This document shows positions 6,977 through 16,650 of a DNA stretch of 64,000 nucleotides, in pieces. The DNA comes from a bacterium (GTDB taxonomy: Bacteria; Oederibacteriota; JAJYGY01; DAIDJD01), in the NCBI GenBank assembly GCA_035485275.1, contig DATHOE010000034.1:93677-157676 (forward strand). The letters are read 5' to 3'. Below the pieces are notes generated by a model that did no database searches, was not told the origin of the DNA, and saw nothing but the letters and a program-made list of their open reading frames with translations. A program made the position numbers and the translations under genes. Every line of letters starts with the position of its first letter. Positions within the stretch are counted from its first letter, which is position 1.

Positions 6977-9900
6977 ATGCCCGATACAAAAAAAACCTAC
7001 TACAAGTCCCAGGCCGAGCGCGAGGCGCTGCTGGATCCGTCCCTGCCGATGCCGGCGCAGATGCAGGAATCCGGCGTCATGGAGGAGAGCCTGGCGGGCG
7101 GGCTGGCCGGGCTCCTGGAGCAGTCCAACGAGCTGCGCATGGACCGGGCCGCCTTCCTCAAGCTGACGGGCTTCAGCTTCGCGGCCGCGGCCCTGGCCGG
7201 CTGCGGCAAGGCCGCTGAAAAGGCCCTGCCCTACCTGGTCCAGCCCGAGGAGGCCATCCCCGGCGTCCCGGTCTTCTACGCGTCGGTCTGCGGCGGCTGC
7301 TCGGCCGGCTGCGGCGTGCTGGCCAAGGACCGCGACGGGCGGCCCATCAAGCTGGAAGGAAACCCCAAGCACCCCCTCAACCACGGCGCCCTCTGCGGCA
7401 TGGGCCAGGCCTCGGTGCTGGGCCTCTACGACACGCACCGGCTGAAGGTCCCGCAGATCGGCGGCCAGGACACGGACTGGGCCTCCCTGGACGCGGCCGT
7501 CATGGGCGCCCTGAAGGACCTGCGCGCCAAGCGCGGCAAACTGCGCATCCTCAGCCGCAGCCTCATCAGCCCAGCCCTGAACGCCCAGATCGCGTCCTTC
7601 GTGGCCGCCCACCCGGGCGCCAAGCACGTGGTCTACGACCCCCTGTCCGCCTCGGCCATCCTCGACGCCCACCAGGAGACCCACGGCCGCCGGGTCCTGC
7701 CCCACTACCGCTTCGATCAGGCCGAGGTGATCGTCGGCTTTGACGCGGACTTCCTGGGCACCTGGATTTCGCCCGTGGAATTCGCCGGCGCCTACCAGAG
7801 CGGCCGCAAACTGCGCGGGCACGAGGGCCGCTTCTCCAAGCATTTCCAGGTCGAATCCGGGCTCACCGTGACGGGCAGCAAGGCCGACGAGCGGGCCACG
7901 GTGCGGCCCAGCGAGATGACCCTGGCTTTGGCCCACCTGGCCGTGAAGCTGGGCGCGCCCTCGGACTGGACCGGCAGGGGGGCCAACCCCATCGGCGCGG
8001 TCAATGCCGTGGACTCCGGCCGCCTGGACGCCATGGCCAAGGCCCTCAAGGCCGCGGGTTCCAAGGGCCTGGTGGTCTGCGGATCCCAGGATCTCAAGGC
8101 CCAGCTGATCACGAACTGGATCAACCACCGCCTGGGCGCCTACGGCACCACGCTGGACGTCAAGCGCCCCTCGCTGCAGCGCCAGGGCGACGACCTGGCC
8201 GTGGCCGCCCTGATCGAGGAGATGGGCAAGGGCCAGGTGCAGGGCCTCATCGTGCTCGACGGCGATCCCGTGGCGGAACTGCCCCAGGGGCAGGCCTTCG
8301 CCGACGGGATGAAGAAGGTCCCCTTCACGGTCAGCCTGGCATTGGCGGACGACGACACCGCCTCGCTGTGCGGCTTCCGCGCGCCGGACAACCATTGGCT
8401 GGAATCCTGGTCCGACGCCGAACCCATCGCGGGCATGGTGGGCCTGGCCCAGCCGGCCATACGGCCCTTGTACAAGACCCGGCAGGCGCTGGAAAGCCTG
8501 GCCGCCTGGCAGGGGAAGGACGGCCTGGCCCTCGACCTGCTGAAGGCCTTCTGGAAGTCCCACGTGTTCCCGGCGGCGGGCAAGGGCCTCTTCTTCGACG
8601 CCTTCTGGGACAGCACGCTTCAGGCCGGCTTTGTGGACAAGGCCGGCGACGCGCAGGGCGCCTCCGGGGATTTCCGCGAGCCGAAGATCGGCGGCCTGAA
8701 GGCCTCCTCCGACGGCATGGAAGTCGCCTTCTACCCCAAGATCGCCCTCCAGGACGGCCGCCACGCGGTCAATCCCTGGATCCAGGAGCTGCCCGACCCG
8801 ATCAACAAGATCTCCTGGGACCAGACCGTCGCGGTGAACGCGGACACGGCCAAGAACCTGGGCCTGGAGGAGGGCGACACGGTCCGCCTCAGCGCGCAGG
8901 GCACGGGCACGGTCCTGGAGCTGCCGGTGCACGTGCAGCCCGGGCAGGATCCGCGCACCTTCAGCGTGCCCATGGGATACGGCCGCGCCGGCACCGAGCG
9001 CTTCCACGACATCGGCCCGCGCTGGCTCCTGAACGTGCCCGTGGTGGACAAGGGCCAGCGCCTGGGCGTGAACGTGGCCGCCCTGGCCGACCCCTCCGAC
9101 GGCCGGCCCAAGTGGCACCGCTCCGGCGCCTCCGTCTCCAAGACCGGCGACAACGTCATGCTGGCCTGCACCCAGATCCACCAGACCCTCGACCTCCCGG
9201 CCTACATGGTCCCCCAGGCCGGCCCGCGCGTGCCGGCCGTCCAGGAGATGACCCTGGAGGAGTTCCGCAAGGGCGCCGAGGCCGAGCGCATGGATCCCGC
9301 GGGCAGCCTTTACAAGGACAGGGAATTCACCGGCCGCCGCTGGGCCATGGCGGTGGACCTGACCGCCTGCAACGGCTGCTCCGCCTGCGTGATCGCCTGC
9401 CAGATCGAGAACAACGTCCCGGTGGTGGGCCGCGAAGAGGTGCGCCGCGCCCACGAAATGCACTGGATACGCATCGACCGCTACTACCACGACGGCCCGG
9501 ACGGGCTGGAGACCATCAGCCAGCCCATGATGTGCCAGCAGTGCGGGCACGCCCCCTGCGAGCCGGTCTGCCCGGTGGCCGCGACCACGACCAACGCCGA
9601 AGGGATTAACCAGCAGGTGTACAACCGGTGCGTTGGCACGCGCTATTGCGCCAACAACTGCCCCTACAAGGTGCGGCGCTTCAACTGGTTCGACTATCCC
9701 GCCGTGTCCGGCTCCGAGACCTTGACCCTGAACCCGGACGTCACGGTGCGTTCGCGCGGCGTGATGGAGAAGTGCAACTTCTGCGTCCAGCGCGTGCAGG
9801 AGCAGAAGGCGGAGGCCAAGCGCGCCGGCCGCGGGGACGCCATGGACGACGGCGAGATCAAGACCGCCTGCCAGCAGACCTGCCCGGCCCAGGCCATCAC

Positions 9901-10033
9901 CTTCGGCGACATCAACGATCCCAAGAGCGCGGTCTCCCTGCTGGCCGGCGACGTGCGGGCCTTCAAGGTGCTGGAGGACCTCAACACCCGGCCCGCGGTG
10001 AGCTACCTGGCCCAAGTCCGAAACAAGAGCTGA
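6977..10033 (+). CDS. actB: Alternative Complex III subunit ActB (molybdopterin-oxidoreductase-like domain fused to 4-cluster FeS domain)
   Basis: About 1019 aa; C-terminal Cys clusters CNGCSACVIAC, CQQCGHAPCEPVCP, CVGTRYCANNCP, CNFCVQRV; Tat-like segment DRAAFLKL followed by LAGC. Start taken at first ATG (6977); true start uncertain. Confidence 0.85.
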   Translation: MPDTKKTYYKSQAEREALLDPSLPMPAQMQESGVMEESLAGGLAGLLEQSNELRMDRAAFLKLTGFSFAAAALAGCGKAAEKALPYLVQPEEAIPGVPVFYASVCGGCSAGCGVLAKDRDGRPIKLEGNPKHPLNHGALCGMGQASVLGLYDTHRLKVPQIGGQDTDWASLDAAVMGALKDLRAKRGKLRILSRSLISPALNAQIASFVAAHPGAKHVVYDPLSASAILDAHQETHGRRVLPHYRFDQAEVIVGFDADFLGTWISPVEFAGAYQSGRKLRGHEGRFSKHFQVESGLTVTGSKADERATVRPSEMTLALAHLAVKLGAPSDWTGRGANPIGAVNAVDSGRLDAMAKALKAAGSKGLVVCGSQDLKAQLITNWINHRLGAYGTTLDVKRPSLQRQGDDLAVAALIEEMGKGQVQGLIVLDGDPVAELPQGQAFADGMKKVPFTVSLALADDDTASLCGFRAPDNHWLESWSDAEPIAGMVGLAQPAIRPLYKTRQALESLAAWQGKDGLALDLLKAFWKSHVFPAAGKGLFFDAFWDSTLQAGFVDKAGDAQGASGDFREPKIGGLKASSDGMEVAFYPKIALQDGRHAVNPWIQELPDPINKISWDQTVAVNADTAKNLGLEEGDTVRLSAQGTGTVLELPVHVQPGQDPRTFSVPMGYGRAGTERFHDIGPRWLLNVPVVDKGQRLGVNVAALADPSDGRPKWHRSGASVSKTGDNVMLACTQIHQTLDLPAYMVPQAGPRVPAVQEMTLEEFRKGAEAERMDPAGSLYKDREFTGRRWAMAVDLTACNGCSACVIACQIENNVPVVGREEVRRAHEMHWIRIDRYYHDGPDGLETISQPMMCQQCGHAPCEPVCPVAATTTNAEGINQQVYNRCVGTRYCANNCPYKVRRFNWFDYPAVSGSETLTLNPDVTVRSRGVMEKCNFCVQRVQEQKAEAKRAGRGDAMDDGEIKTACQQTCPAQAITFGDINDPKSAVSLLAGDVRAFKVLEDLNTRPAVSYLAQVRNKS

Positions 10034-10036
10034 GGA

Positions 10037-11485
10037 ATGAAACCCATGCAATCTAGCGCAGCGGCCGTGGACGTGGATCCGGCCGATCAATCCTGGGTGG
10101 AGGGGAACAAGACCCTCGGCCAAGTCACCAAGGACATCGGCGACCACCTCGACGGCAAGCCCGGCGAGTGGTGGTGGATCGGGTTCGGCATCTCGCTCCT
10201 GGCCCTGGGCCTGGGCGGCTTCTGCATCGTCTACCTCATGTTCACGGGCATCGGCTGTTTCGGCCTGAACAAGACCATCGGCTGGGCCTTTGAGATCACC
10301 AACTTCGTGTTCTGGGTGGGTATCGGCCACGCCGGCACGCTGATCAGCGCCATCCTCTACCTGCTGCGGCAGCGCTGGCGGACCGCGGTGAACCGTTCCG
10401 CCGAGGCCATGACGCTCATCGCGGTCATGTGCGCGGGCCTGTTCCCGCTCATGCACATGGGCCGGCCCTGGTTCTTCTTCTACCTGGCCCCCTACCCCAA
10501 CACCCGCGGCTCCCTGTGGATGAACTTCCGCTCGCCGCTGGTCTGGGACATGCTCGCCATCTCCACCTACTTCACGGTCTCGCTGGTCTTCTGGTACCTG
10601 GGCCTGATCCCCGACCTGGCCACGCTGCGCGACCGGGCCAAGGGCGTGAAGAAGTTCATCTACGGCATCTTCAGCTTCGGCTGGGACGGCTCCAGCCGGA
10701 CCTGGAAGCACTACGAGCTGGTCTACCTGATCCTGGCCGGCCTGGCCACGCCCCTGGTGCTGTCCGTGCACTCGGTGGTGAGCTCGGACTTCGCCACCTC
10801 GCTGATCCCGGGCTGGCACACCACCATCTTCCCGCCCTACTTCGTGGCCGGCGCCATCTTCTCCGGCTTCGCCATGGTCCTGACCCTCATGCTGGTCGCC
10901 CGCAAGACCATGCACTTCGAGGAGTACATCACCCTGCGCCACATCGAGGCCATGACCAAGGTGATGCTCCTGACCTCCATGATCGTGGGCCTGGCCTACA
11001 TGACAGAGTTCTTCATCGCCTGGTACTCCGGCGACCGCTACGAGCAGCAGCACTTCCTGGTCCGCTTCCTGGGCCCATACGGCTGGTGGGCCTTCATCAT
11101 GTACGGCTGCAACATGGTCATCCCCCAGGTGCTCTGGTTCAAGGCGGTCCGGCGCAACCTGCTCCTGGTCTTCATCATCACGCTCAGCACGAACGTGGGC
11201 ATGTGGTTCGAGCGCTGGGTGATCATCGTCAGCTCCCTGCAGACGGACTTCCTGCCCTCCAGCTGGGAGCACTACCACCCCACGCCCTTCGACTACGGCG
11301 TCACGCTGGGCAGCTTCGGGCTCTTCTTCACCGTGTTCCTGCTCTTCGCGCGCTTCCTGCCCATGATCGCCATCGCGGAGATCAAGCACGAGGTCGCCCA
11401 CGGCGGCGCCCCCCACGGCGAGCATGAGGCCCACGGGGCCCACGCCGCAGCCGCGCTGCCGCGCGCCGAAGCGGAGGCCGTATGA
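10037..11485 (+). CDS. actC: Alternative Complex III subunit ActC (NrfD/PsrC-like quinol-interacting membrane subunit)
   Basis: Polytopic membrane protein with NrfD-like helices (FEITNFVFWVGIGHAGTLISAILYL...); ATG 3 nt after actB stop. Confidence 0.8.
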   Translation: MKPMQSSAAAVDVDPADQSWVEGNKTLGQVTKDIGDHLDGKPGEWWWIGFGISLLALGLGGFCIVYLMFTGIGCFGLNKTIGWAFEITNFVFWVGIGHAGTLISAILYLLRQRWRTAVNRSAEAMTLIAVMCAGLFPLMHMGRPWFFFYLAPYPNTRGSLWMNFRSPLVWDMLAISTYFTVSLVFWYLGLIPDLATLRDRAKGVKKFIYGIFSFGWDGSSRTWKHYELVYLILAGLATPLVLSVHSVVSSDFATSLIPGWHTTIFPPYFVAGAIFSGFAMVLTLMLVARKTMHFEEYITLRHIEAMTKVMLLTSMIVGLAYMTEFFIAWYSGDRYEQQHFLVRFLGPYGWWAFIMYGCNMVIPQVLWFKAVRRNLLLVFIITLSTNVGMWFERWVIIVSSLQTDFLPSSWEHYHPTPFDYGVTLGSFGLFFTVFLLFARFLPMIAIAEIKHEVAHGGAPHGEHEAHGAHAAAALPRAEAEAV

Positions 11486-12012
11486 CGCGCCGTTTCGTGG
11501 TCGGCTACTTCGAGGCGGACTCCGCGGCGATCAAGGCCGTCAAGGCCCTGCGCGCGGAAGGCTGGCAGATCTACGACGTCTTCACGCCCTACCCCGTGCC
11601 GGGCATGGACGAGGCCATGGACCTGCCCCATTCCTTCCTGGGCTGGGTGGCCTTCATCAACGGCATGGGCGGGGCCCTGGGCATGCTGGCCCTGGCGCTC
11701 TTCGTGTCCGTGATCGCCTGGCCGCTGAACGTCGGCGGCCGCCCCGACGCGTCCATACCCGCCTTCTTCCCGCCGGTCTTCGAGGCGGGGGTCCTGAGCG
11801 CGGGGGTGACCGTGGTCCTGGCCCTGTTCTGGGTCTGCGACCTCTGGCCGGGGAAGACCGCCAAGCTGGACCTGCCCCGCAGCACGGACGACCGTTTCGC
11901 GGTGGTGCTGGACGCCGACCAGTCCCCCCACGCGGGCGACAGGATCATCGGCGCGCTGAAAGCCCAAGGCGCGGTCGAAGTGGGTGAACAATCCGTCCGG
12001 GAGGCGCTGTGA
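11482..12012 (+). CDS. actD: Alternative Complex III subunit ActD (DUF3341-like)
   Basis: MTRRFVVGYFEADSAAIKAVKALRAEGWQIYDVFTPYPV N-terminus and two C-terminal TM helices; start overlaps actC stop. Confidence 0.75.
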   Translation: MTRRFVVGYFEADSAAIKAVKALRAEGWQIYDVFTPYPVPGMDEAMDLPHSFLGWVAFINGMGGALGMLALALFVSVIAWPLNVGGRPDASIPAFFPPVFEAGVLSAGVTVVLALFWVCDLWPGKTAKLDLPRSTDDRFAVVLDADQSPHAGDRIIGALKAQGAVEVGEQSVREAL

Positions 12013-13319
12013 ACAAGTGGGGCTTCCTGAACATACTCTTGGCGGGCGCTCTGGCTTTCGTGCTGCTGCTGCTGGCGGCCATGCACACCAACCCCAACAA
12101 GCGCAACCATTACTGGCTCCAGGGCATGGACGAGAGCCCGGCGCCGGCGGACTTCTCGGACAACCCCAATTTCGCCAACGGCCAGACCCTGCAGATGCCC
12201 CCGGACGGGACCCTGGCGCAGGGGGAGCAGCGCTATCCCTACGCCGGCGGCATGGACGAAGCCATCCGCGCGGGCAAGGCCCTCAAGAACCCCCTCGACC
12301 CCAACGACCCGCAGGTCCTGCTGAGGGGCAAGATCCTGTTCGAGCGCAACTGCATGCCCTGCCACGGCGTGGCCGGGCGCGGGGACGGCCTGGTCACGGC
12401 CGCCCGCCGCGCGGGCGGCTTCCCGCCGCCCCCCAGCCTGCTGGCGGCCCACGCCAAGGGGCTTCCGGACGGCTACATCTACAACTACATCTCCCGCGGC
12501 GGCATCCTGATGCCCTCCTACGGTGCCCAGATCAACCCCCAGGAGCGCTGGAAGGTGGTCTCCTGGGTCCGGCACATGCAGAAGAGCTTCCCCGAGGCCC
12601 TGCCCGCCACGGGCACGGCGCAGGCCAACGACGAGGCGGGACTGGTGCCCTCCACGACCCCCGGCTTTGACTACGACGGCCAGCCTCCGGTCGACGAGAT
12701 CGAGGCCAACGAGGCCCTGCAGCAGGCCACCATCGAGAACCGGGGCGAAGCCTCGGAGACCGACATGCCCCCGGCCATGGTGGCAGCGGCGGCGGCCGCC
12801 GCCGCGGCGTCAGCCGGGGCCGGAGGGGGCACCCCCTGGCAGCAGGCCCTCGTGGTCATCAACAAGAACGACTGCTTCACCTGCCACAACCCGGACCACA
12901 AGGTCATCGGGCCGGCCTTCAAGGACGTGGCCAAGCGCTACTACAGCCGGCAGCCCGGCATCATCCCGATCCTGGTGGCGAAGGTCAAAGCGGGAGGCGC
13001 GGGCAACTGGGGCCAGGTGCCCATGGCGGCGCACCCCAACACCTCGGACGCGGACCTGACGACCATCGTGAAGGGCATCCTTTATCTGGCCGACCCCAAG
13101 GGCAAGGGGACCAGCTCCATGGCCCCGAGCATGAAGCGGGTCATGGAACTGGTCCATTCCGGGGCGCCCATCCACTGCCCCGCCCTGGGCGCCGAAGCCA
13201 TCAACGGCCCGGCCTTCCTGACCGAGCGCGAGCCCCTGCAGGCCGAAGTGCGGCGCGTCAGCGGCCCGGACCTGGCCGCCCTGGGCCCAGGATCCGTTGA
13301 CCAGGAGACGAAACCATGA
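12009..13319 (+). CDS. actE: Alternative Complex III subunit ActE, extended diheme form (two c-type cytochrome domains joined by a poly-Ala linker)
   Basis: N-terminal TM helix; CMPCH with downstream ILMPSYG (Met ligand); poly-Ala linker AMVAAAAAAAAASAGAGGG; second domain CFTCHNPDHKVIGPAFKDVAKRYY...WGQVPMAAHPN; GTG start overlapping actD stop. Confidence 0.75.
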   Translation: MNKWGFLNILLAGALAFVLLLLAAMHTNPNKRNHYWLQGMDESPAPADFSDNPNFANGQTLQMPPDGTLAQGEQRYPYAGGMDEAIRAGKALKNPLDPNDPQVLLRGKILFERNCMPCHGVAGRGDGLVTAARRAGGFPPPPSLLAAHAKGLPDGYIYNYISRGGILMPSYGAQINPQERWKVVSWVRHMQKSFPEALPATGTAQANDEAGLVPSTTPGFDYDGQPPVDEIEANEALQQATIENRGEASETDMPPAMVAAAAAAAAASAGAGGGTPWQQALVVINKNDCFTCHNPDHKVIGPAFKDVAKRYYSRQPGIIPILVAKVKAGGAGNWGQVPMAAHPNTSDADLTTIVKGILYLADPKGKGTSSMAPSMKRVMELVHSGAPIHCPALGAEAINGPAFLTEREPLQAEVRRVSGPDLAALGPGSVDQETKP

Positions 13320-14482
13320 GCGAGGCCGCCTTGCCTAAAGATCTGCTTTCCCCGGGCCGGAAGCGCGGCCTCCTGGCCCTGGTGGTCCTGGGGGTCGTGA
13401 CCCTGCTGATTGGGGCCGCCATGGACTGCGCCGGGGTCTATTCCGGGGTCCTGATCGGCTTCCTGTTCATCATCGACCTGGGCCTCGGCGGGGTCCTCTT
13501 CGTCGTGATCAACAACGCCGCGGCCGCGCGCTGGGACGCCGTTTTTCGGCGCGTCCCGGAGGCCATGGCCACCACCCTGCTGGGCAGCGCCGGCCTGGTC
13601 CTGGTCTTCCTGTGGGCCGTCAGCCACGTCTATCCCTGGGCCCGGCCGGGCTTCATGGACAACCCGATCCCGGAGCTGGCCGGCAAGAAGGACTGGCTGA
13701 GCGTGGGCTCCTTCTCCTCGCGCGCCCTGGTCTACGTGGCCATCTGGACGGGCATGCTGTGCGTCATCCTGCGCAAGTACTGGGCCCAGGACCGCGACGG
13801 CGTCGACCGCACCACGATCATCCGCAGGCTGTCCATGCTCTTCCTGGTCCTCTTCGCCTACAGCTTCTCGCTGGCCTGCTTCGACTGGCTCATGTCCCTG
13901 GAGCCGACCTGGTACAGCGCCATCTTCGCCGTCTATTGCTTCGGCGGCGTCATGCAATGCGGGCTGGCGGTCACGCTCCTCCTGGTCCTGTACCTGGACG
14001 CGAAGGGCGTCTTCCAGGACAAGCTGCGGGAACAGCACCTGCACGACCTGGGCAAGTGGATGTTCGCCTGGAGCGTCTTCTGGGCCTACATCTGGTTCTT
14101 CCAGTACATGCTCACCTGGTACGCGGACCTGCCCGGCGAGAACCAGTATTACCTTTTGCGCTCCGGGCACTGGGCGTGGATGATGGTGGCGGTGGTGGTC
14201 GGGCGCTTCGCGGTGCCCTTCTTCGGGCTGGCCTCCCAGCGGGTGAAGAAGGACCGGCGGGTGCTGGCGACGGTGGCCGCGGTCGTGATCTTCGCGCAGT
14301 GGCTGGACCTGGTCCTGATGGTCCTGCCCTCCCAGGGCACGATGCGCAACCCTTTCGCCCTGCTGCTGCCCCTCGCGACGGGGGCCGGCTTCGTGCTGCT
14401 GTTCTTCAGGGCCTTCCGCGGCCGGCCCGCCCTGCGCCCGGCGGACGCGGCCATGGCATACAGCAGCCGCTATCTGACCTAG
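13316..14482 (+). CDS. actF: Alternative Complex III subunit ActF (NrfD-like membrane subunit)
   Basis: Polytopic membrane protein after actE with overlapping start; hydrophobic helices throughout. Confidence 0.75.
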   Translation: MSEAALPKDLLSPGRKRGLLALVVLGVVTLLIGAAMDCAGVYSGVLIGFLFIIDLGLGGVLFVVINNAAAARWDAVFRRVPEAMATTLLGSAGLVLVFLWAVSHVYPWARPGFMDNPIPELAGKKDWLSVGSFSSRALVYVAIWTGMLCVILRKYWAQDRDGVDRTTIIRRLSMLFLVLFAYSFSLACFDWLMSLEPTWYSAIFAVYCFGGVMQCGLAVTLLLVLYLDAKGVFQDKLREQHLHDLGKWMFAWSVFWAYIWFFQYMLTWYADLPGENQYYLLRSGHWAWMMVAVVVGRFAVPFFGLASQRVKKDRRVLATVAAVVIFAQWLDLVLMVLPSQGTMRNPFALLLPLATGAGFVLLFFRAFRGRPALRPADAAMAYSSRYLT

Positions 14483-14516
14483 AATGGGCTGTGAGGCCCC
14501 TTTTTAAGAGGTTGTC

Positions 14517-14744
14517 ATGGGAGACATAGGTTTTCCGGAATTGATGGTCATCTTGGTGATCGCCCTGGTGCTCTTCGGGGGCGGGAAGCTGCCCGAGGTG
14601 GGCCGCTCCCTGGGATCGGCGATCCGCGAGTTCAAGAACGCCATGCGGGACGTGGATCCGACCAAGGACGTGAAGGCGGACGCCAAGCTGGTGGACGCCA
14701 AGGTCGTGGACAAGGACAGTGGTTCAAAAGACCAGCACGCCTGA
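14517..14744 (+). CDS. tatA: twin-arginine translocase subunit TatA/E
   Basis: 75 aa; N-terminal TM helix MVILVIALVLFGGGKLPE followed by amphipathic helix SLGSAIREFKNAMRD. Confidence 0.85.
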   Translation: MGDIGFPELMVILVIALVLFGGGKLPEVGRSLGSAIREFKNAMRDVDPTKDVKADAKLVDAKVVDKDSGSKDQHA

Positions 14745-15456
14745 GGATCCCACCCTCTTTGAGCACCTGTTCGAGATACGCACCCGGCTGATCCGCTGCC
14801 TGGCGGTCTTCCTCGGCGCGAGCCTTGTTTGTTACCTGCGCGCCGGGGACATGTTCGACTTCCTTGCCGCGCCTGCGGAGGGCCATCTGGTCTTCACCCA
14901 CCCGGTGGGCGCCATGATGGCCTACATGAAGCTCGGCTTCATGGCGGGCCTGATCGTCTCCTCCCCCTATATTTTCTACCAGGTCTTCGCCTTCCTGCAG
15001 CCGGCCATGAACCCGGCCTGGCGCCGCACCGTGACCCTCAGCCTCGTGGTCGGCTACCTCCTGTTCGGCCTGGGGGTGGCCTTCTCCCTCAAGACCCTGC
15101 CCCTGGCCATGCATTTCCTGCTGTCCTACGCCCGTCCCGGCCTGCAGGCCATGATCAACGTGGACCAGTACTTCAGCTTCGTCTTCCTGATCACCTTCGG
15201 CAGCGGCTTCGCCTTCGAGATGCCCCTATTGATGTATTTCCTGGCCGCGGGAGGCTTCATCAGCAGCGCCACCCTGGTCAAGCAGTGGCGCATGGCAATC
15301 ATGGCCTGCCTGATCCTGGGGGCCGTGATCTGCCCCACGCCGGACCTGGTGACCTGGGCCCTGGTGTGCCTGCCCCTCTTCGGGCTCTACCTGGTCAGCA
15401 TCGGGGTGGTGCGCTGGGCCGAGGGGGCGCGGAGGAAGCGCGTGGAGACGGCCTAG
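14719..15456 (+). CDS. tatC: twin-arginine translocase subunit TatC
   Basis: LFEHLFEIRTRLIRCLAVFL..., six predicted TM helices, about 245 aa; GTG start overlapping tatA 3' end. Confidence 0.85.
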   Translation: MVQKTSTPEDPTLFEHLFEIRTRLIRCLAVFLGASLVCYLRAGDMFDFLAAPAEGHLVFTHPVGAMMAYMKLGFMAGLIVSSPYIFYQVFAFLQPAMNPAWRRTVTLSLVVGYLLFGLGVAFSLKTLPLAMHFLLSYARPGLQAMINVDQYFSFVFLITFGSGFAFEMPLLMYFLAAGGFISSATLVKQWRMAIMACLILGAVICPTPDLVTWALVCLPLFGLYLVSIGVVRWAEGARRKRVETA

Positions 15457-15543
15457 GCAAACGTTTTTCCGGCGTGCATCAAGCGGGACGGAACTTGTGC
15501 GTAATGTGGTTTGGGACGGTAGCGGTGACGGCGGAAGCTTGCG

Positions 15544-16650
15544 CTAAGGGAAGACGGTTTTTGCGAACCATTTTTTGAACTCATCGGTGCGCCTCTCAAA
15601 GAGCCACCAAACCAATGTCGCGTAGCATAGGACCACGCCGCAGACAGCGGCGTAGCCCAGGTAGCCTTCCAGCGTCGGCTGGCTCTTGTGGGGCAGCCTG
15701 AAGGCGTAGAAATAGAACGCCAGCAAAGGGAAATGGACCGTATAGAGGGTGTAGGAAACATTGGAGAGGTGCGCCGAAACTTGTTGGTACAGGGAAGGCC
15801 CTTTTTTCGCCGACGACAGGAAAGGCAGGGTGCACGCGAAGGTCAGCCCCAGGCAGTAGTCGCCGTAGGGAAGGGCGCCGCGCCGGCATAGGATCAGTAC
15901 GACAAGGAACGCGCCCAATAAGAGCATGAAAAAAGCTGGGCGCCGCATCAGCGAACTTATGGGGCTTTTTTCCGCGCTAAAGGAGAAAAATCCCATAAGC
16001 CAGATGAGGCCCATGAGCACCAAACCGGGAGGAAGGACAAATACGCCGACGCAAAACAGAAGAAAATAGACGGTTCTTAGGCTTGGACGGTATTTTGTTT
16101 GGAAGGCCAAATAAGCCAAGGGAAACAGCAGATAGTACCAAAATTCGTTGGCCAAGCTCCATAAGGGCACGTTGCTGCCGAAAACCGGACCGGTGATATT
16201 TTGCAGAAAAAACAGGGTCCTGAGGAACGCAGTGGCGCTGAGGTCGAAGGAGGTTTGGTCGCCGCTATTCACGAGCCGCGTATACTCCCCCAGATAGCCC
16301 TTCGGCCCCAGGGAAAGGCCCGTTCGATCCCAGAAAAAGGTCAGGACGAGGGCAGGAACGAGGACCATCCACAGGCGGCACATCCGGTTTAGGCCGTATT
16401 GACGCCATGTCCAACGGTCGGCGGCGACCGAATTCGCCACCGCCCCACCCACAAAGTACCCGCTCAATACGAAGAAAACGATGACCGCCTGGTGCCCGAG
16501 CCCGGTGAGGAAATAAAAAAAGGCGGTGAACGCATTGGGGGCGCCGATTTCCGGATAATCCACGAAGAAAAATCCCCGGGCATGGCCAAAGGCCACCGCC
16601 AAGGCTGCCCCTCCCCTGATCAGATCCAGATGAGAATTTCTCTCGGCCAT
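15544..16650 (-). CDS. acyltransferase family 3 membrane O-acyltransferase
   Basis: LDLIRGGAALAVAFGH...AVIVFFVLSGYFVG signature and about 10 TM helices. Confidence 0.8.
   Translation of the reverse strand: MAERNSHLDLIRGGAALAVAFGHARGFFFVDYPEIGAPNAFTAFFYFLTGLGHQAVIVFFVLSGYFVGGAVANSVAADRWTWRQYGLNRMCRLWMVLVPALVLTFFWDRTGLSLGPKGYLGEYTRLVNSGDQTSFDLSATAFLRTLFFLQNITGPVFGSNVPLWSLANEFWYYLLFPLAYLAFQTKYRPSLRTVYFLLFCVGVFVLPPGLVLMGLIWLMGFFSFSAEKSPISSLMRRPAFFMLLLGAFLVVLILCRRGALPYGDYCLGLTFACTLPFLSSAKKGPSLYQQVSAHLSNVSYTLYTVHFPLLAFYFYAFRLPHKSQPTLEGYLGYAAVCGVVLCYATLVWWLFERRTDEFKKWFAKTVFP

Noticed and set aside
6962-11443. 1493-aa ORF on the minus strand, antisense to actB-actC
   Set aside because: Translation is low-complexity (G/A/V/D/H/R-rich) with no motifs, while the opposite strand encodes well-supported ActB and ActC. 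Long stop-free antisense frames are expected in high-GC DNA.
14486-14510. Possible terminator between actF and tatA (GGGCTGTGAGGCCC + CTTTTT)
   Set aside because: The stem is imperfect (4 of 5 bp) and short; at most a weak attenuator, too uncertain to call as a feature.
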